From a virus: DNA of 64,000 bases. Positions 28,086 through 39,600 of this stretch are shown here, piece by piece (position 1 is the first letter of the stretch; every line of letters starts with the position of its first letter). A program made the position numbers and the translations under genes. The stretch lies in the IMG/VR virus record IMGVR_UViG_3300031576_000022, positions 1 through 64,000 of that record. One strand, given 5' to 3'. The notes under the pieces are model-generated. The model made no database searches and was not told the DNA's origin. It worked only from the letters and a program-made list of their open reading frames with translations.

Positions 28086-28203
28086 TCTTAGTATATTGAT
28101 CTAACATTGCTGTGCGCTGGTTGTAATAAGTGCGCGGCAATGTTAGATTGGTATTAGTATTAAGCAAAATGGAATGGCAATAAAAAGATCCTGGTAGGGG
28201 AAA

Positions 28204-28740
28204 GTGGCTGATAAATATATCGATGTTATAACTGGCACCTTTTACCTTAAGAAAATCTTCTTGAGCATGGGTGTTGGAGTAGATAATCTTGATATTACGG
28301 CTGAAGAAATAGCATATTGTGAAACATGGGCTGAGAATCAAATTGATGGTTTGTTTGGTTTATCGTTTCCGTTATTTCCTGCAACACCATTGATAATTCG
28401 CGATATAGCACTTGCGCTAACTGCGTATAAAATCAGGCAGTTTCTTGTAACAGCTAATAGTCCAAATCTAGACGAACATACAAACGAAATTAGAGATGAA
28501 GCATATAGACTTATTCAAAGTATTATCCATGGCGATTTTTCGATTATTATGCCAGATCTCAGTTATCATCCAAAATATCCTGGTCCGTCTGGTGGAGAAA
28601 GGTTTATGGTTCAGCCTGAATCATCTTTGAGGTTATTTTTTACAAATATGGATAAAGAGTTTTATGCGATGCACCAAAAGGCTGAACCAGATGGGATTGA
28701 GCCAGCTTTTAGTGATCCCGAGTATGCAAACCAATCGTAA
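28204..28740 (+). CDS. head-tail adaptor (Mu gp36-like)
   Basis: AENQIDGLFG..FPL....P.IIRDIA..LTAY; position after MCP. Confidence 0.7.
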   Translation: MADKYIDVITGTFYLKKIFLSMGVGVDNLDITAEEIAYCETWAENQIDGLFGLSFPLFPATPLIIRDIALALTAYKIRQFLVTANSPNLDEHTNEIRDEAYRLIQSIIHGDFSIIMPDLSYHPKYPGPSGGERFMVQPESSLRLFFTNMDKEFYAMHQKAEPDGIEPAFSDPEYANQS

Positions 28741-28760
28741 TAAGACAGGTATTACATTAA

Positions 28761-29267
28761 ATGGTAAAGTTTCATTTCAGGGCAACAAATATAAACGATA
28801 TAGTTTCGAGAGTATCCAAGTTAGTAGGAGGTTTAACTACAGGTGTAGGAGCAAGAGAGATCAAGGTTAATAGTGAACAAATAGTTGTTGATGAATATTT
28901 AAAGGCTTTCGATCGAGGTGGATTTCAGGGAAATAAATGGAGATCGTATAAGGGAAAGGTTTCTTTGATAAGATCAGAAGATTTTATGAAGTCTTTTTTA
29001 AAGAAAGGATCAAATGGTTTAGAAACTAAAATTGTTGCTGGTAAAACATATTTGTTAATAAGAATTGCTAGTGGATTTATTCATCCAAGAATGAATACTG
29101 AATATGTTGTAGCATTAAGACAAGGTATAGATCTTAGTGAAAAACATTCAATACAATTAGAGATAGGTGGTAAGGTTGGTGGAATTTCTCGGGGTGGAGA
29201 AATGGAGCTTTTTAGGAAGTTTCATCAAACGGTTGTAAAAGAAGCAAAACGGGTTGGATATACCTAA
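28761..29267 (+). CDS. neck/virion morphogenesis protein
   Basis: Basic protein, F...G..G.KW...LIRSEDFMKS; position. Confidence 0.55.
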   Translation: MVKFHFRATNINDIVSRVSKLVGGLTTGVGAREIKVNSEQIVVDEYLKAFDRGGFQGNKWRSYKGKVSLIRSEDFMKSFLKKGSNGLETKIVAGKTYLLIRIASGFIHPRMNTEYVVALRQGIDLSEKHSIQLEIGGKVGGISRGGEMELFRKFHQTVVKEAKRVGYT

Positions 29268-29320
29268 TAAAACCAAAATCAAGAACAAACAACCTAGTAG
29301 TCGTTGGGGTATAATTTGTT

Positions 29321-29848
29321 ATGGACAGCATCCTGAGTCTCGAAGAAATAATCGAGAGGATGCTAACAATTTTTCGAATTAAGTGGGAGCCTGAAAAAAC
29401 CAAGGATACGGCATCAGCAAAGGCGCCACTGCTTGTTGACGAGCATTTTATGTTTGGTAACCCATCGTTGATTCCACAATCTGATGCAGTAGTTATTTTT
29501 CCAGAAGGTCAAGAAGAAATAGATAAAGAGGGTGGAATAACTAGGGCTGGTCCGTGTTGTATTATTGAAGATGGGTTGATTCACATTCGTTGGTACCATA
29601 AGGAGCATGAACAAGCTAGAGGACATCGAGTAATTAATCAAATGGGAGAAGTTATCAAGAGGATGTTGCTGAGAAACAAGCAGTTAATTTTTCTTGGTTT
29701 GGGTTTAATACACGGATTAACGATAGAATCGATTACATATGGCGAACAAGTAAGAGACGCATACGAAGGTACGCGAGTTTTTTTCCCTAAAGGTGATATG
29801 CTTGTTAGAGTCGAATACGCTGAAGGGCTGGACGAAGACTTGGCTTAA
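29321..29848 (+). CDS. probable tail terminator
   Basis: Size and position before the tail tube. Confidence 0.5.
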   Translation: MDSILSLEEIIERMLTIFRIKWEPEKTKDTASAKAPLLVDEHFMFGNPSLIPQSDAVVIFPEGQEEIDKEGGITRAGPCCIIEDGLIHIRWYHKEHEQARGHRVINQMGEVIKRMLLRNKQLIFLGLGLIHGLTIESITYGEQVRDAYEGTRVFFPKGDMLVRVEYAEGLDEDLA

Positions 29849-29906
29849 CAATTGATTGTAAGATCGGTTGTTAGGTAAAACGCAAAAAAAAAGAGGAAAC
29901 GCTGCC

Positions 29907-30311
29907 ATGGCCGATACTACTCCGGGTTCAGCCCTAGTAACTCCGGTTTCGTTTGGTACGAGCAATGAGACGGTTTCGATCGATTTTGATCGTATTCGAA
30001 TCCGGTTGCTTAATTGGAATTATGTTGCTGATTCGCTTTCTATTGGTGTTGATTATGGGCGTGAAGATCCGCTTAATCCACCATTTAGTGAATGGTTTTT
30101 AAAGAGTCAGGCGCATCCTATTGTTAATCTTGCTGCAAATGATACGGTTATTTTGAATGGAATTACGTTTAATCGCCTTGCTGGTACACACTATACAAAC
30201 TTGAAAGCAACACTAACTACTGCTGCAATTACGGTAATGGAAAACGTTGAAGATATTGTGTTTTTTGCGTTGGTTGCGATTGGCTACTTCCCGCTTGGCG
30301 TTGAAACCTAG
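29907..30311 (+). CDS. hypothetical virion protein
   Basis: AGAGGA RBS; in structural operon. Confidence 0.55.
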   Translation: MADTTPGSALVTPVSFGTSNETVSIDFDRIRIRLLNWNYVADSLSIGVDYGREDPLNPPFSEWFLKSQAHPIVNLAANDTVILNGITFNRLAGTHYTNLKATLTTAAITVMENVEDIVFFALVAIGYFPLGVET

Positions 30312-30362
30312 TAGTTACGCTTCCAAAAAAGTAGTATGTAAAAAACAAACTGGAGGCGTGCA

Positions 30363-31274
30363 ATGGCACTGGTACGGCTACGCGATATTGGCGATGCTAC
30401 ATTTTTTGGTGATGAATCTGGTAGTATGGGTTGTCCGAGAAGTGCTACAATCACTCTTGATTCAGAAATTTTACGAGCCAAATGTGGTGCGGCAATTTCT
30501 GAAAGATATCAGGGCATTACTAGTCTTTCAATTGAGATTTCTATTGAAACTCTTGACCCATTTGCTGATATCCATCCCGGTGATTTTGCAACATTTGGTA
30601 TTACAATTCCTGGTGCTGTAGATGGAAGTGGACTCCCTGGTATTGGAATTGGAATTACTGTTGCTGGTGTTGTAACTGGTACTGTTCGTAGGTTTGTTAG
30701 AAACGATTTATCAAACGGAACGTATACATTGCGTGGCATTAGTGCAGATGGAATTACATGTCCAATTACATTTCTTGATGGTGTTCCAGCTATTGATTCT
30801 GGTGCTGGACCATCTGATTTTATTCGAGATATTGTTAGTTTCGACTTTGATGATGGGAAAATTACTGCTGATGATTTTTGTCCAGAATCTATAGAAATGA
30901 CAGAAGCTGCTGAACTAATTGAAGATTCATGTCAAGGTCAATTGTGGCCGACATATGTTGGTGTAACAGGGTTAAATGTTACTGTTACTGCTACAGGTAA
31001 GGGTGTTAAGCATGGGTTTGATGGTGGGTCAAGTGCATTTACTTGTCTTGGTCGCAAGGGTAGAATTGAAGTTGAAGTTGCTGTTGGTTCGGATGTTGAC
31101 TGTGCTTCTTTGACGCCAAGCTCAGACATTGCAATCGTTGCTCGTGCAAATGTTACATCAATGACAATTACTGCCACTAGTGGTGAAATTTCTACGATTT
31201 CTTTAACATGGGTTGGCCATGGTGAAGCTGGTGAGTTTACCGATGAGTCGAAGCGTGCATATGTTTTTGTGTAG
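30363..31274 (+). CDS. probable major tail tube protein, two similar halves
   Basis: GGAGG RBS; internal repeat LRDIGDATF..CPRSATIT vs IRDIVSFDF..CPESIEMT; followed by terminator, chaperones and TMP. Confidence 0.65.
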   Translation: MALVRLRDIGDATFFGDESGSMGCPRSATITLDSEILRAKCGAAISERYQGITSLSIEISIETLDPFADIHPGDFATFGITIPGAVDGSGLPGIGIGITVAGVVTGTVRRFVRNDLSNGTYTLRGISADGITCPITFLDGVPAIDSGAGPSDFIRDIVSFDFDDGKITADDFCPESIEMTEAAELIEDSCQGQLWPTYVGVTGLNVTVTATGKGVKHGFDGGSSAFTCLGRKGRIEVEVAVGSDVDCASLTPSSDIAIVARANVTSMTITATSGEISTISLTWVGHGEAGEFTDESKRAYVFV

Positions 31275-31310
31275 TAGGTTGATTGAAATCTTGGTCAAGA
31301 ATCTGGTAGC

Positions 31311-31351
31311 AACGGACAATCATATTTTTTTGGTTGTCCGTTTGTTTTTTT
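31311..31351 (+). terminator. intrinsic terminator
   Basis: AACGGACAATCA/TGGTTGTCCGTT stem followed by T tract. Confidence 0.65.
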
Positions 31352-31455
31352 GTATGACAAAATGATTTTATTTATGGTATAATTTCTGTTGATTGCTCGC
31401 GATTTCTTAAAAAGCGAGTGTTTTGTATCCATCTACCAGAACGAGGAAAAAAAAC

Positions 31456-31992
31456 GTGATCAAGAAGGACCTGCTTGAAGAGAAGTGTTTAGAGCTTTAT
31501 CAATCTGGAAAGAAATTTAAGGTTAATAACGGTGCTGAAGTTCTAATTCCATCGCTTCCAATTGGCACTAAGGCAAGTCGTTTTCTTCGTATGCGCGATG
31601 CAATTGCAAAACCAGAATTTATTGATGGAAAAGATAGGGATTGTGATGGAAAAATTATTCAGGTAAAAAATCCTGAACATATTGATCTTACTACCGATGT
31701 TGGAATGAATGCAATTGCAAAAATGTTACATGAGATTATGTCTTTGAATTATAATATTACTTCAGAAGAATGTGATGGACTTTTTTCAATGGCACATTTC
31801 GATCAAGTTATTACTTGGTTCTATACTGGTCAAGAAAATATTGGTGCAAGTATTGCCGTTAATTCTTCGGCGAATCGCCCTACACAGGCGCCGGAAATCG
31901 ACGGCGCAGGAATGAGCACGAACAAGGCACAGGAAAACGGTACGACAACCCGCTTGAACGTAGGCGTGAAAAATCAGGAGATATTGCGCTAA
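31456..31992 (+). CDS. tail assembly chaperone (G-like)
   Basis: Between tail tube and TMP; GTG 31456 after GAGG. Confidence 0.6.
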   Translation: MIKKDLLEEKCLELYQSGKKFKVNNGAEVLIPSLPIGTKASRFLRMRDAIAKPEFIDGKDRDCDGKIIQVKNPEHIDLTTDVGMNAIAKMLHEIMSLNYNITSEECDGLFSMAHFDQVITWFYTGQENIGASIAVNSSANRPTQAPEIDGAGMSTNKAQENGTTTRLNVGVKNQEILR

Positions 31993-32276
31993 GTGATGAT
32001 TATCTAGAAAGGCATATTCGTTGGCTACGTGCAAACATAATGGTCAATAGAGATATTGAAAATATATGTTTGCATGAAGCTAATGATATTGTTATGGTTT
32101 TAGGCGGAACTTTCAGGGCTATTAGTATGGATGATTTTCAAGATTATTGTGATGGAGTAGTGAGAGATACGAAACATTTAGCGGGGAAGAAGGTTAGCGG
32201 TGTTAGTGGAGATGAAATTAGTTTGCCTGCTTTTATGCAAATGGTAAAAGGGATGTCTTTTGGTGGTAAAAAGTAA
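31863..32276 (+). CDS. tail assembly chaperone T-like frame (-1 relative to upstream ORF)
   Basis: Frame open from 31863, 130-nt overlap with upstream ORF; first downstream ATG at 32040. Confidence 0.5.
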   Translation, partial: FFGESPYTGAGNRRRRNEHEQGTGKRYDNPLERRREKSGDIALSDDYLERHIRWLRANIMVNRDIENICLHEANDIVMVLGGTFRAISMDDFQDYCDGVVRDTKHLAGKKVSGVSGDEISLPAFMQMVKGMSFGGKK

Positions 32277-32321
32277 AAGTAAATACAAGAAAAATTAGAA
32301 GTAAAAGAAAGGAGGTAAAAC

Positions 32322-35300
32322 ATGGCTGATATTAATGATAAATTGATTTTTAATCTTGAAGTTAATGCGGCAAGTTTTGCCTCTGAGTTGAAAAAAGCTG
32401 TAAATTCTGCTGTCAAAAATCTCACACCAACATTAATTGTTAAAGCTTCTGATATAAAATTGCAGGGTAAGGTCAAGGCTCTTGACCTGATTGACCTGAC
32501 CGGATTTGCAGAAGCGCTGAAAGCCTCTATACAGTCCGCAGCGGGGAGTTTCTCCCCTACTGGGCAGGCTATCAGTAAGGCTATTGCCCAAGGTGGCGTG
32601 TTGTTACCTAGACCTTCTGTGCGGCCTGATGGGTTGACGGCTAAGGCTGTACCGGGTGGAAATGTTGTAGATATACCATTAATTGCTGCTAAAGAGCGTG
32701 CAGCATTATTGAAGGCAATTGATAAAGAAGTAAATGCATTTGCAAGAGCTGGTGAAAGAATTAGAGTTTCCGAATTTAAGCAAGCTGAAAAAGAAAAGGT
32801 TCAGGCAGCGAAAGATGCTGCAAATGAAAGGTCCGCTGCTGAATCTCGTTTTGTAAAAAGATTGCGTGGAATACCAGATACTACTGGTTTGGCTAGTGAT
32901 TCAAGAACACCAATAAAAGCCTTTCCGCTTCCTGCAATTGTTCCTGGGTTAAATACTGCTACAACTAGTATTGCTGGACTTTCATCTATTATTGGTAATT
33001 TGAATGATTCTCTTACAAAAACTAGAACTATATCTCAATCATTATCTCAGATTTTATCGACGATTGGGGCACCAGCTATTGCTTTATTTGGTAAATTTAA
33101 TATTTCTGTTCAAAATGTGTTGCGTTCATTTGGTACATTAATATCTCAATCACTTAGGTTTGCTTCTATTTCATTTGGTGCAATAATTAGTGCATTTTCT
33201 AAAATAGCTGGTGCGGCAAGATCTGCATTAAGTCCTGTTTTATCATTAACATCTGCTTTAGTTAGATCAACAGCAATCCTTACTGGATCTGGACTTTTAT
33301 TTGGTGGTCCAGCATTTATTCCAGTTGCAACTGTTCGCGCTGCTTCTGTGGCGTTTGATGAGCTTAATTCATTTACAAAAGATGTTTCATTATCTGTTGT
33401 TCAGTTTAGTGATAAAATAGCTGCATTACAAGGTAGTGATCGTGTTGCATTTATATCTGATAAGTTCAGAGAACTTTCTGCTAGTGTTCAAGATACTTCT
33501 ACAAAGTTTGGATTAACATCAAAAGATATTGCTAGTGGATTATTTGAGATTTTATCGGCTCAGGTTGGTATTTCATCTACCGCAGAAAGGCTTGAAGCGC
33601 TTAATGCATCGGCACGGGTTGCGGTTGGCGGTGCAACTGATGTTGCATCAGCATTCAAGGGTCTTGTTGCAATTAATGCTGCTTTTAATACGTCGTTTGA
33701 GCAAGCATCTGATAAATTATTTGCTATTCAGAGATTGGGCATTGCTCCTGTTAAAGAGCTGGGTCCTCAGCTTGGTAGGGTGGCAAGTATTGCGTCTGAA
33801 GCTGGTGCAAATATTAATGAACTTGGTGCAGCTATTTCTACGATTACGTCTCGTGGTATTCCATTGGAGACAACATTTACAGGATTGCGTCAAGTGTTTG
33901 CTGAGCTTGCTTCTTCTGGTGGTGCTAGTATTCAAAAATTAGTGAAAGAAATACGAGAAACAAAAGGTATTGATATTACGTTTGATATTAATACATTACG
34001 TGCAGAAGGTGGTCTTAAGAGTTTCCTTGATAAATTGAATGAAATTAGAAGGATTGATCCTGGGTTAATTGGTAAGTTATTTCCTGATACTAGGTCTATT
34101 AGTGTAATTCTTCCTTTATTGGGAAGCGTTAGTAGATTTTCAAAAGATTTAGTACAAGTAGCTGGTGCAAGGGGTGAGGCTGAAGCCGCAAGCGATGCGA
34201 TTGTTAATACATTAGCTGGTTCTTATGATCGATTAAAGGCTGCCATTTCAAACAATGTTGTTGCTGGTGCAGATCATATAGCTTCTATTATCGGGTTAAA
34301 AGAAGTTATTGATGATATTATAAAAAGTTTGGATGATTTCCAGAAAAAAATTAGAGGAATTTCTTTTCTTGATTTGAAAAAATTTCTTGGTGATCTTGTA
34401 ACAACCAAAGATGGAATTTCTTCAATTGTTGAGTTTTTGTCTAGAAAATTTGGTGAGATTTCTGGTGTTCTATTAAAACAAACCGCTCCAATTTTACGTA
34501 TTGGAGCGGTTCTTGGGCTTACTCTTGGAAAGATTATAGGTGATGCTATATTTGGACAGATACAAGAATCAATTAGAAAATCATTGCCAAAAGTGGTTGC
34601 ATTAACTGATATATTTGATGATTTTGGAACTGAAGGAAAATCATTAGAAAGTCGCAGGATAGGTCCAAAAAAAGATGTTAGCATTGCTAGTTCAATAAAT
34701 GATTCACTAAAAGAATCATTTAAACTGATTGGTAATCTTGAGGCTTTTTCTGCTGGTATTGATGTAATATTTTCTGAAATGGAAGGTGTTGGTAAGAATT
34801 TTTCTAAATCGATTTTAGGTGCAGGTCTTACTCTTGAAAAACAATTTTCTAAATTAACCGTTTCTATTGATGCAGGTAGGATAGTTGATGATGCTAAATC
34901 ATTGCGTAATGTTCTTGAACAAGAAATTGAGGGGATAAAGCCATTTGATCCTACTATAATAAATTCATTTGTTAATGTTATTCAAAAACTTCAAGCTACT
35001 AATATATCTAAATCTGTTCTTGGTGGTATTGATGATAAAAATATTAATGATTTATTTAAATCAATAGGTGGACTTGGAAGTGCAACAATAGAATTAAAGA
35101 AAGCATTTATAGATCTTGGCGCCGATATAAAGATTCCAGGTATTGGTGAAAGTGTTGAGGTGATTGATGAACAAATTAAAAAATTAAGGGTTGGTATTGC
35201 TTTCCTTGAAAGAAAAGGATTTTCTGATGCCGCTAAGAATCTTTCTAATGGAATCAAAAGGTTAGAAGATTCTGTTGCTGGAACTTTTGATAAATCTGTT

Positions 35301-36179
35301 TTTGAAAAGCTTGGAATTAAAGATGCTGGAAATGATATACGTTCTCAGCTTGTTGCTGTAACAAATGCTGTGCGTGAGTTTGATAGTCAAATTAAAGGAA
35401 GGATAGGAACCGATGAAATTAAAAAGAAATTTATCGCATTAAGAAGTTTACTTAAATTTCTTGCAATTGAAAACTTGAGATTAGATGTTAGGTTCGATTT
35501 TTCAAGTACAGAAGAACAGGCTAAAATTGGTGCTGCAAAGGCATCTGAATTTATAAAGGATGCATTGAAGACTGTATCTGATCAGGTTTTCACAGAGATT
35601 CCTTCAATATTTGGAATATCATCGTTTAAAATACCAAAATTTGAAATATCTAAAATAGATAGAGATAGTTTGCAAAAACAAATCCAGCAAACACTTGGAA
35701 ACTTTAAGGGGATTCTTTCTGGTATAGAAAATATTAGTGGTTTTGAAATATTAAAAAAGCAGGTTCAAGATGCTATAAAAGAAATGGAAAAAATGCCAGG
35801 TATTGTAGAAAAGATTAAGGATTCAAGTAAAACAATTGGTGATGGTTTTGGTGAAGGATTTGATCAAATAACAATTCTTGTTGCAGATCAAGAGAGAGCA
35901 TTTGAATCTTTTAATAAAGCTTTGCGGGATACATTTTTGACTCAAGAACAGGCTGCAAAACGTGCCGCTGAAGCTCAAGCAAAACTTACTGAGGCTTACG
36001 AAAAAACTGCTGCTGCGGCACAAAAAGTTGCAGAATTACAAGCCGCTAATGCTGGACTTGTAGGTGTTCAATCTGCTCCAACATCAATAATTGATGCTAG
36101 AAATCAAACATTAAATGTAATACCTGGAATTGGATTCAACACTGGTCCGATTTTTTTCCCAAAAATTCCACCTAAATAA
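32322..36179 (+). CDS. tail tape measure protein
   Basis: 1285 aa helical; TP901-like TMP core (DIASGLFEILSA, GGATDV, LGRVASIA..AGANINELGAAI); AGGAGG RBS. Confidence 0.92.
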   Translation: MADINDKLIFNLEVNAASFASELKKAVNSAVKNLTPTLIVKASDIKLQGKVKALDLIDLTGFAEALKASIQSAAGSFSPTGQAISKAIAQGGVLLPRPSVRPDGLTAKAVPGGNVVDIPLIAAKERAALLKAIDKEVNAFARAGERIRVSEFKQAEKEKVQAAKDAANERSAAESRFVKRLRGIPDTTGLASDSRTPIKAFPLPAIVPGLNTATTSIAGLSSIIGNLNDSLTKTRTISQSLSQILSTIGAPAIALFGKFNISVQNVLRSFGTLISQSLRFASISFGAIISAFSKIAGAARSALSPVLSLTSALVRSTAILTGSGLLFGGPAFIPVATVRAASVAFDELNSFTKDVSLSVVQFSDKIAALQGSDRVAFISDKFRELSASVQDTSTKFGLTSKDIASGLFEILSAQVGISSTAERLEALNASARVAVGGATDVASAFKGLVAINAAFNTSFEQASDKLFAIQRLGIAPVKELGPQLGRVASIASEAGANINELGAAISTITSRGIPLETTFTGLRQVFAELASSGGASIQKLVKEIRETKGIDITFDINTLRAEGGLKSFLDKLNEIRRIDPGLIGKLFPDTRSISVILPLLGSVSRFSKDLVQVAGARGEAEAASDAIVNTLAGSYDRLKAAISNNVVAGADHIASIIGLKEVIDDIIKSLDDFQKKIRGISFLDLKKFLGDLVTTKDGISSIVEFLSRKFGEISGVLLKQTAPILRIGAVLGLTLGKIIGDAIFGQIQESIRKSLPKVVALTDIFDDFGTEGKSLESRRIGPKKDVSIASSINDSLKESFKLIGNLEAFSAGIDVIFSEMEGVGKNFSKSILGAGLTLEKQFSKLTVSIDAGRIVDDAKSLRNVLEQEIEGIKPFDPTIINSFVNVIQKLQATNISKSVLGGIDDKNINDLFKSIGGLGSATIELKKAFIDLGADIKIPGIGESVEVIDEQIKKLRVGIAFLERKGFSDAAKNLSNGIKRLEDSVAGTFDKSVFEKLGIKDAGNDIRSQLVAVTNAVREFDSQIKGRIGTDEIKKKFIALRSLLKFLAIENLRLDVRFDFSSTEEQAKIGAAKASEFIKDALKTVSDQVFTEIPSIFGISSFKIPKFEISKIDRDSLQKQIQQTLGNFKGILSGIENISGFEILKKQVQDAIKEMEKMPGIVEKIKDSSKTIGDGFGEGFDQITILVADQERAFESFNKALRDTFLTQEQAAKRAAEAQAKLTEAYEKTAAAAQKVAELQAANAGLVGVQSAPTSIIDARNQTLNVIPGIGFNTGPIFFPKIPPK

Positions 36180-36192
36180 ACGATAAAATTAT

Positions 36193-36597
36193 ATGGCTGA
36201 TTCAGCTTGTCCAAAATGGGATACACTTGAGTTTGAAAACGGTGAAGAATCGTATGGAAATATTATTATGTCAGTCAAGGAGGCTTCTCCGCCAGGTATT
36301 TCTGGTGTTGCGGTTATGCCTCTTGGTCTTACTAAACGATTTATTACAGTAAAGGGGATTATGGAGGGCGGTGTAGGTGAAGGAGATTCTTTAGCAACAA
36401 AACAAGCATTGCATGAAGCTGCTTGTGAAACAATGGGAATTAAAAAATATGTTACTGGAAATGGTCGTGAGTTTGACAAGGTTAGATATGTAACTATTAT
36501 TTGGGGACGGATTTTTGGAAATGCGTCTTCCGGTGGTCAGGATGCAGAATATACGGCAACATTAGAACAAATTATTCCACCAGAACCGGCGACGTAG
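36193..36597 (+). CDS. probable distal tail protein
   Basis: Small beta protein immediately after the TMP. Confidence 0.45.
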   Translation: MADSACPKWDTLEFENGEESYGNIIMSVKEASPPGISGVAVMPLGLTKRFITVKGIMEGGVGEGDSLATKQALHEAACETMGIKKYVTGNGREFDKVRYVTIIWGRIFGNASSGGQDAEYTATLEQIIPPEPAT

Positions 36598-36609
36598 TAT
36601 AATAATCCC

Positions 36610-39600
36610 ATGACATTTCCAAATACGCTTCATACTCCGGTATCGAAAGATACAAGTGCTGATGAAATTGTTAATCCGCAATTTTATATTAATGGTGTTG
36701 ATGTAAATCAGATTAATGCGGAGATATTTGGAATTGAAGTTCAGCTTGGGTTATCTAAAAAGCTTGATCTAACTGTTAGTGTAAATACATTACAAATTGC
36801 TGGTCCGGCTCAGTCAACGATTGGCGGTATTATTGTTTCTATTCCCGGTGGAAGTATTACATTTATTATTGCTGGTGTATTTTTTGTTTGGGTTGATTCT
36901 TTTGGTGTTTTATTTAGTGGTGCATCGTTACCAACTACTTCTAATTACCTTCCCATCGCACAAGTAGTTTGTGGTGTTGGTGGTACAATTATTTCATTTG
37001 TTGATTTGCGTCCATGGCTTAATGGTACTGGTGGCGGTGGTAGTGGATCTTTTCCAGCTAATTATCGTGCAACAACAACTGAGCCTAGATATGCTAGGCG
37101 TGATGTTATTGTACTTGCTGCTACTGATTTTCTTCCTGCTGGGTTGATTCCACTTAGTTCATCTGCGTATTTTGATATTGATATTGTTACAAGTATTGCG
37201 GTTGAGGTTACGATCTTTCAGATTGAAGGGATTAATGTAACACCAATCATTCTCGGAACAACCGTTGCTGGTGTTAATAAAAGGTTTAGGGTACAAGCTC
37301 CTAAAAATTATGATGGAAGTGTTGTTGATATTGAATATCAAATGCAAGTTGATTTTGCCTGTACTGTTGAGTTTCTTGGAATCATGGAGATTGATTTTGA
37401 TGCGTTACTTGAAAGTACACCAGCAAGTCTTGGCGGTACTGAATTGATTCCGTTCCAGGTTGCGTTCTTGTTCTCTGATATTAGTCCAGTTGTATTGTTC
37501 AATATGCTTGCTGGTGATGTACTTACCGAATGCGAGGTTATTATTCAAACAGTGTTCAATACTGTGTCCGCTACGCTTGAGGTTGGGGTCATCGGCGATC
37601 TTGGTGCAGTGCTTGATAGTGGTGAGATTGATGCTGACGTAGTTGGACAATATGCAACTATAGCTGATAGGACTTCTGCTATTGCAGATAATTTATTGTT
37701 AACTATTACGCCTTCAGGGTCAACAAGTGGAAGTGGATACGTTTCGGGTATTATTAGGCGATAGGAACTACGACCTTCTCCCCTACCAGGCTTGAGTTAC
37801 ATTAGAAATGTCGTCACAAGATTTTATAAATGCATTAGGAACACTTGCGAATCAATTTCGCATTGGGCTTAATGGACCAATGTTTGTTGCTGTTGGTGCA
37901 GAAAAATTTAGGTTAGTTAATATTGAAAATACTCAATATCTTAGACTTGAAACAAATAATCCAATTGATCCACAAGATGTTGTTACTCTTGCTTATTTAA
38001 CATCATTATTTGCATTATTGGTTTCTAAAGGAACAACTATTAGTACGATTGAAGGTATTCAAGGTGGTGGAGATTTATCAACTAATAGAACATTTAAGCT
38101 TGATATTAATGGACTTGTAGAAGTAGCTACGGTTGATCCACTTGTTGATTTTATTGTTATATATGATTTTAGTGCTGGTTTTCATAGAAAGATAAAACCA
38201 TCTGCTTTTGTTGCTTCAACAATTGCTGCCTATCCAATTTATTTTGGTGCCTCATCTGTTACTGGAAGCACAACTACTAGATATTTATATCCTTGCTTTG
38301 ATTCGTCTATTGCACAAACCATTGAGATTGGTGTTAGAGTTACAAGGAATGGAACATTACAAAACTTATTTATTGTTCAAAACAATCCAGCCGGTAATGG
38401 TAATAGTATAGTTTATACTGTTCGTATTAATGGGGTAGATACTTTGTTAGTAGTTACAATCGCTAGTAATGTTCAGAATGGATCAAATATTGTTGATACT
38501 GTTATTGTTTTAGCTGGTGATAGGGTTTCCATTAAGGTAACGAAATCTCTTACGATTGGTGTAAGTCCAGATGATATTCTTGCTACGTTGGAGTTAACTT
38601 AAAATGGCTAATGTAACTAGACGGTATCGAAGGACCGATATAAAATTAGAATCTTCTATATCAAAGCTTATTGCTTCTGGTGTTTTTATTTCTTTATCAT
38701 CACCAGAACCAGGACAAATGGTTGATGCTATTGTTGATAATACGAATACAAATTATGCAATAGATTCAGATAATATAATGAACTTAGAAGGGTTTACTTT
38801 TGTTTCTGAGAATCCAGTTACATCTTTAGAGATTGATGCTGCGGGTGAAATCCCTCCAGTAAATCGTATTAGAGAGTCTGGTGGAACAGAATTATCGATT
38901 GGTTCTGTATCAAATGGTCAAAATTTGCAACGATCTGGTTCAAGTATTATTGGTGTAGCTCCCGGTGGTGGTGGTTCATTTGATCAAAGAGATGTGTTTC
39001 TTCACGAACATTTTTTATCTGGAAATACAGATATTGATGAAATTGGTGTAATGGGATGGAGAACATATTCTATTGGCACTGGAAATGATATTACATTTTT
39101 TATGTCTCAGGCTGGCCGTCCAGGAATACTGCAATTAAATGGTGGAACTGCTGGTACATCTAGGGCAGCTATTGCTTTGGGTGATGAGCTTGGTGTTGGT
39201 GGTAGAACGATACTTGGTGGTACAAATCCAATCAATCTTGAATTTTTAATGCGATTTCCATCTGCTTCAGATTTGTTGGTTGCAAATATTGAAAGGATGG
39301 AGTGTGGTTTTGGTTTAGATTGGAATCCAGATGTTCAATTACCTAATGCGTTGGTTGTGAGATATGATCCAGCGGCAAGTTCGTTTTGGAGTTTGGTTGC
39401 AGCAAATGCTGGTGTAAGAACCGTTGTGTCTACTGGAATTGCTCCTGTAGCTGGAATATGGGCAAGATGTAAAATAGTATTTACTACTGGTCTAGGGGCG
39501 GAATTATTTATCAATGGTGCATCGGTTGCTTCACTGAATACAAATATTCCTGTTATAGCTGTTGGTGTAGGGATTAAGATTAGTGCGAACAGTGGTATTG

